This document shows positions 61,660-64,000 of a DNA stretch of 64,000 nt, in pieces. The notes under the pieces are model-generated. The model worked only from the letters and a program-made list of their open reading frames with translations. It was not told the DNA's origin and ran no database searches. This DNA is from Pelomyxa schiedti (lineage: Eukaryota; Protista; Evosea), in the NCBI GenBank assembly GCA_020536535.1, contig JAHLWZ010000470.1, forward strand, positions 62,084-126,083. The letters are read 5' to 3'. Position 1 is the first letter of the stretch. Each line of letters starts with the position of its first letter. The position numbers were made by a program, and so were the translations under genes.

Positions 61660-63515
61660 TTATGATAGGGATTAAACCTGTCAGGGTTTTTCACGGTCAG
61701 CATTGGACTCAGCACGGAGGTCTAACGGTGAAGAGCGTTTCATAATAAATTGAACAAGGAGCATAATACCTCAAATTATTNNNNNNNNNNNNNNNNNNNN
61801 NNNNNNNNNNNNNNNNNNNNNNNNNNNNNNNNNNNNNNNNNNNNNNNNNNNNNNNNNNNNNNNNNNNNNNNNNNNNNNNNTGGAATTTGTGTTGTTGGGA
61901 GTGCACCCGGCAAAGTTATATTGTTTGGGGAGCACGCTGTAGTGTACGGCTACCACGCCGTGGCTGCTGCCATCGAGTACCATATTCCTTACACTTACTT
62001 TGTGTTTGTATGTAGCAACGAACTCGGTTTGGTGACCAGCTTTTTTTTCCCTTTTTCTGCAGGTTAAAGGTTGAAACAAAGCTCAAGTTGAGTACTCTCG
62101 GGGACGGTAATATGCATAGCACAATGGTGTTGAGTGTCAGTGGAGGAGAAGGAAGGAACTTCGACATACATGAATTAGTGCAGAGGTGTCACTCGAGGCT
62201 GGAACCAATGGAGGAGTGGAATGGGATGGCTGTGGGATTTGAGGGTTTGGCCAAATTGGTGTCTACTCTTGTTACGTTTTGTGAGGCGGAGAGAATATGT
62301 AAGGCTGAAGCTGTGATGATAGCGTATTTTGCATCTCTGTTTGGGACATTGTGAGTGGCACACTTCATCCTCCGAATCTCATCTTTTTTATCAGAGGTAA
62401 ATCAGCTGAGTTGTCAACATTGGCAACTTTGCCTATGGGAGCTGGGTTGGGCTCCAGTGCGGCATTTGCTGTTAGTTTGTCCGCGACATTGCTTCATGCC
62501 AGTGGCACACGTGCATGCGATTTTTCTTGTGCGGAATGCAATGTTGAAACAGGTCAATCACATAACTATCACTTCCCTCTAAAATTCATCAGGAAGTGTA
62601 TGTGAATGCCAAACAAATCTTATAAATAACTGGGCCTATATTTCAGAGCGTGTTCATCATAGTAACCCATCTGGAATTGACAACTTCGTAAGTTCACATG
62701 GTAATACCACCAACCTTTCCTTCATTGTTTGATTTCCTCAAAGGAGGACTGACCTTGTTTTCGCGGGGAGGAGACAAAAAGCAATCCAGGCATAACTTTA
62801 CCCAATGCCACTCTCCCTCATATGTATTTTGTAAAGTCTTTTGGTGCAGAAACAGCGAAATTTTAACTCTCGTAGAACCGAGGACATGGGATTGTTCATT
62901 ATTGACACATGTGTCACTCGAAAGACTGGCCAAGTTGTTGACCATGTCGCATGCAGACGGAAAGCACAAACGGAAGTTGTTGATGCGGCCCTGAAAGAAA
63001 TAGATAGAATCTCCATAGAGTCCTTTTCTCTTCTCGGTACCGTTGTTACCACCAACTGCTCTAACACTCTACAAGAGAAACGGGATGCATCAACCTTGCT
63101 CCCCCTCATCGACAGAAATCAGGACCTCCTCGATAGGGTTCTGGATGTAGGCCATGAATCACTCCGCAGAGCCCATCAAATATGTTTATCAGCAGGTTTG
63201 CATATGAAACTAACTGGTGCTGGATGGGGAGGCTGTGCCTATGCTCTCGTTCTTCCAGGTTCTACTCCACATTCTGAAATTACAAACCTCTCAANNNNNN
63301 NNNNNNNNNNNNNNNNNNNNNNNNNNNNNNNNNNNNNNNNNNNNNNNNNNNNNNNNNNNNNNNNNNNNNNNNNNNNNNNNNNNNNNNNNNNNNNTTATGA
63401 TAGGGATTAAACCTGTCAGGGTTTTTCACGGTCAGCATTGGACTCAGCACGGAGGTCTAACGGTGAAGAGCGTTTCATAATAAATTGAACAAGGAGCATA
63501 ATACCTCAAATTATT
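61660..63515. repeat. Exact 121-bp duplication (61660-61780 = 63395-63515) enclosing gaps 61781-61880 and 63295-63394
   Basis: The first copy ends at one gap and the second begins right after the other gap. The length matches the 57.4-kb overlap. Confidence 0.9.
61881..63294 (+). CDS. MVK: Mevalonate kinase (partial, bounded by gaps)
   Basis: SAPGKVILFGEHAVVYG, GHMP loop LPMGAGLGSSAA, ERVHHSNPSGIDN, RNQDLL...VGHESL, KLTGAGWGGC. Confidence 0.92.
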
Positions 63516-63838
63516 AGAGCTCTGTCGGAACTGTCCATTAAGATGTCCCCCACTTTATAACTACGGACTCGATGAGAACAAGTTCCTGTGGCTTACCAAC
63601 CTGCATGCCGATTAACCAAGTTCCTCAACGGACTGACAGTAAAAGGGGTAAAACCAAGAGACTTCCTGCCACAGTTGTAAATAAACCGCGTACTCAAAAA
63701 GTGGCAAAACGTACAGCAATTGAAGTAGTCTCGGTCATACAAGTACACAAGCACCTGTGCTTGTTCTTTGGTTTTTCTTTTCGTAGAAACCCTTCTCCAG
63801 TCTGTTTTATTACTCTCAAGACGAAAAGTTGAAAGGCT

Positions 63839-64000
63839 ATGACCAGTGGTGGTTGCATACTTCCAGTAGGAGGCACAGGTGGAATTTGTGTTGTTGGGAG
63901 TGCACCCGGCAAAGTTATATTGTTTGGGGAGCACGCTGTAGTGTACGGCTACCACGCCGTGGCTGCTGCCATCGAGTACCATATTCCTTACACTTACTTT
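63839..64000 (+). CDS. MVK: Mevalonate kinase 5' end (redundant copy, runs off the window)
   Basis: ATG at 63839 gives MTSGGCILPVGGTGGICVVGSAPGKVILFGEHAVVYG. 63880-64000 is identical to 61881-62001. Confidence 0.85.
   Translation, partial: MTSGGCILPVGGTGGICVVGSAPGKVILFGEHAVVYGYHAVAAAIEYHIPYTYF

Noticed and set aside
61660-64000. Apparent tandem duplication of mevalonate kinase and its upstream region
   Set aside because: The copies are identical and bounded by 100-N gaps, and the overlap is exactly 121 bp, as at 57.4 kb. This is a k-mer overlap signature. Contig 61881-63294 is probably a misplaced allele or bubble of a single gene.

Overview
Gene-dense, intron-rich eukaryotic DNA. It uses the standard code, has short GT-AG introns (mostly about 25-70 nt), intergenic gaps of about 100-300 bp and GC-rich first exons. 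Gene style and one hallmark expanded protein family suggest an archamoebid protist such as Pelomyxa; this is inference. About 27 protein-coding genes can be assembled by hand from ORF fragments. Housekeeping-type genes include a 53BP1-like tandem-BRCT protein, a PRP4-like kinase, MFSD1, a Rab1-like GTPase, a PAS adenylate cyclase, Nuf2, an EH-domain protein, a Stealth phosphotransferase and mevalonate kinase. Several enzymes and a channel look bacterial but carry spliceosomal introns: type II thioesterase, KirBac-like channel, glycerol dehydrogenase, M28 and M20D hydrolases. The most notable part is a possible conflict/effector region at 42.5-61.5 kb. It holds a complete actinoporin-like pore-forming protein with a His-rich binding loop, a kinase-pseudokinase, an R-S-E type ADP-ribosyltransferase, and two diverged paralogs with a degenerate NTPase plus PD-(D/E)xK-like nuclease architecture resembling Crinkler/RHS effectors. 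Three 100-N gaps are flanked by exact 121-bp duplications, so the apparent mevalonate kinase duplication is most likely an assembly artefact. Exon boundaries were inferred by eye and family calls come from motif recognition, not database searches. No rRNA, tRNA, CRISPR array or transposon could be supported.
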